Below, piece by piece: positions 60,920-64,000 of a DNA stretch of 64,000 nt. The stretch comes from Flaccisagitta enflata (Eukaryota). How positions within the stretch are numbered: position 1 is the first letter of the stretch; every line of letters begins with the position of its first letter. The position numbers were made by a program, and so were the translations under genes. The stretch spans positions 11,780,001 through 11,844,000 of the forward strand of contig OZ231126.1 in assembly GCA_965153355.1 (NCBI GenBank), in the 5' to 3' direction. A model generated the notes under the pieces. That model did not search any database, was not told where the DNA came from, and saw only the letters and a program-made list of their open reading frames with translations.

Positions 60920-62052
60920 TGTCCTTTGCACCTTTGAAATGTTTTTGGTCTCGTCGGACGCGTAAATTACAACCATCCTGTCTCCTCAAGGAGCGGCACT
61001 CCATATCCCAAGGCCGGCCGGTCGGCTCTGTCAGTCTGTCTGTCCGACCATAACATTCCTGAAATATAAGCTTTGTCAATCCCTAACCCTTAGCGCTACA
61101 GTTTATTGTAAGGTATGTAAGTGTAATATACTGCTGTACTGTGGTTTTGTAGTACCGTAGTACCGCCCCTGCTCAACCGTCCACAACTTTTTCTTTGTTT
61201 TGGGCCTGTTGTTTTTAACTGTCCATTCTAGATGCATATATCTGCAGGCACGCTACTCCATAATCCAGTGCTGATCGGTCCGTCGATCTGACCATCAGTG
61301 TTTTTATTTGTGTACATCTGACTCCTAACATCATAAATACCCATGTGCCCCTAGTGCCCCTTCCCAATGCCCATCACCATCTCTGACCCCTCACATGCAA
61401 AAACGTCTCCACCATAACTGACCCTGCCTAATCTCCAGTAAATTTCTAGGGCTCGCTTATCGTCCTTGTTCTTCCTTTTTAGCGCTAAGACCATTATTTT
61501 TAGTTGCGTGCTAGGCGACTCTATGAGCCACTTTTTGGTTGGTCTGTCTGTTGGTCCGTCACAAGGCCGTTAAAAGGCGTTTCAAACATTTTAAAAGACA
61601 TTTTAAAGGTTTCAGGGTTTCAATGAGAACTTGTTGACCAATCCAAAGGTCGTTTTAAAAAATTTAGTCTGTCTGCCTGTCTGGTTGTCTGACGTTTTGT
61701 GAAAATGCCGACGCACGCGACTTAGGTCTAATGACCTTGTTTTTTTATGGGGTTGATAGCATTCAGGCTGTTAATCGCATACTTTTCTTCACTATTGCAT
61801 ATTTGTTTATTTTTCAATTCAGCGAATTCAAGCACAGACAGTCATTATGTATTTTACATGGTATTACGTATAATACAGACAAGTCTAGTTTTACATCTTA
61901 CTATGTTTTTGAGTAGAACGGTTTCAGTTCGCCGTACAACCGCGATAGAGGGGGAGGGAAGGAAGAGAGAAAGCATGAGCAATGTACAAAGTGCAGTTGC
62001 TTAGATAATTGATAATTCTATTTCGTCATTGCCGTCATGTCTGTGTGTACGG

Positions 62053-62187
62053 GCATGAGCATGAACGCAAGCATGAACACAAGCATGAGAATAAGGATGA
62101 ACACAAGCATGAACACAAGCATGAGAATAAGGATGAACAAAAGCATGAACACAAGCATGAGAACAAGGATGGGTGTAAGCATGAACG
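62053..62187. repeat. 12-bp-based minisatellite (AGCATGAACACA variants)
   Basis: Direct reading. Confidence 0.85.
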
Positions 62188-62393
62188 AGTCCCCCAAATT
62201 GGCCACTTCTTCCCACGTAAAAAGAAAATCCCTCATCCGATTTCACATCAACCATGAAATGACTCCACCGACTCCTTGTCAATCTGTTTGTTTTCTGTCA
62301 GCCTCTTCATCAACCTGTTTGACGACTGTCAGCCTGTCAGACTCTACATCCTTCGCACATCTGTATGTTATATGTCAGCCTCTTATTTACCCT

Positions 62394-64000
<1,607 letters not shown>

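Overview
AT-rich, repeat-dense animal genomic DNA: it has spliceosomal GT-AG introns, BEL/Pao retroelements and a ciliary gene. Two host genes can be reconstructed exon by exon on the + strand. One is a GDA1/CD39-family NTPDase (apyrase), with 10 exons at 42036-47407, all five apyrase conserved regions, and one in-frame TGA in exon 2. The other is CFAP96/C4orf47, with 6 exons at 50960-58383, about 328 aa. The promoter and first exon of the NTPDase are duplicated at 290-1560. That copy is followed by a large foldback-like element containing a heavily garbled BEL/Pao LTR retrotransposon (~2.4-14.4 kb), and then a second, frameshifted, 3'-truncated copy of the same BEL element (~20.3-28.9 kb). 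The whole 1.6-28.9 kb block looks like error-rich assembly consensus. At 29.5-34.2 kb on the - strand is an intact, intronless 1182-aa ORF ending in a Ty3/gypsy-type Gag capsid. It lies between 73-bp direct repeats, has a PBS-like TGG, and has no pol. The rest is non-autonomous DNA elements (HINE/DINE-1-like, hAT-like, Chapaev-like, MITEs), microsatellites and a 112-bp G-rich satellite at the right edge. The most unusual signals are the gag-only element with a very long unexplained N-terminus, and recurrent degenerate copies ('echoes') of exon-intron junctions inside the introns of both host genes. All family assignments come from motif recognition by eye; no searches were run.
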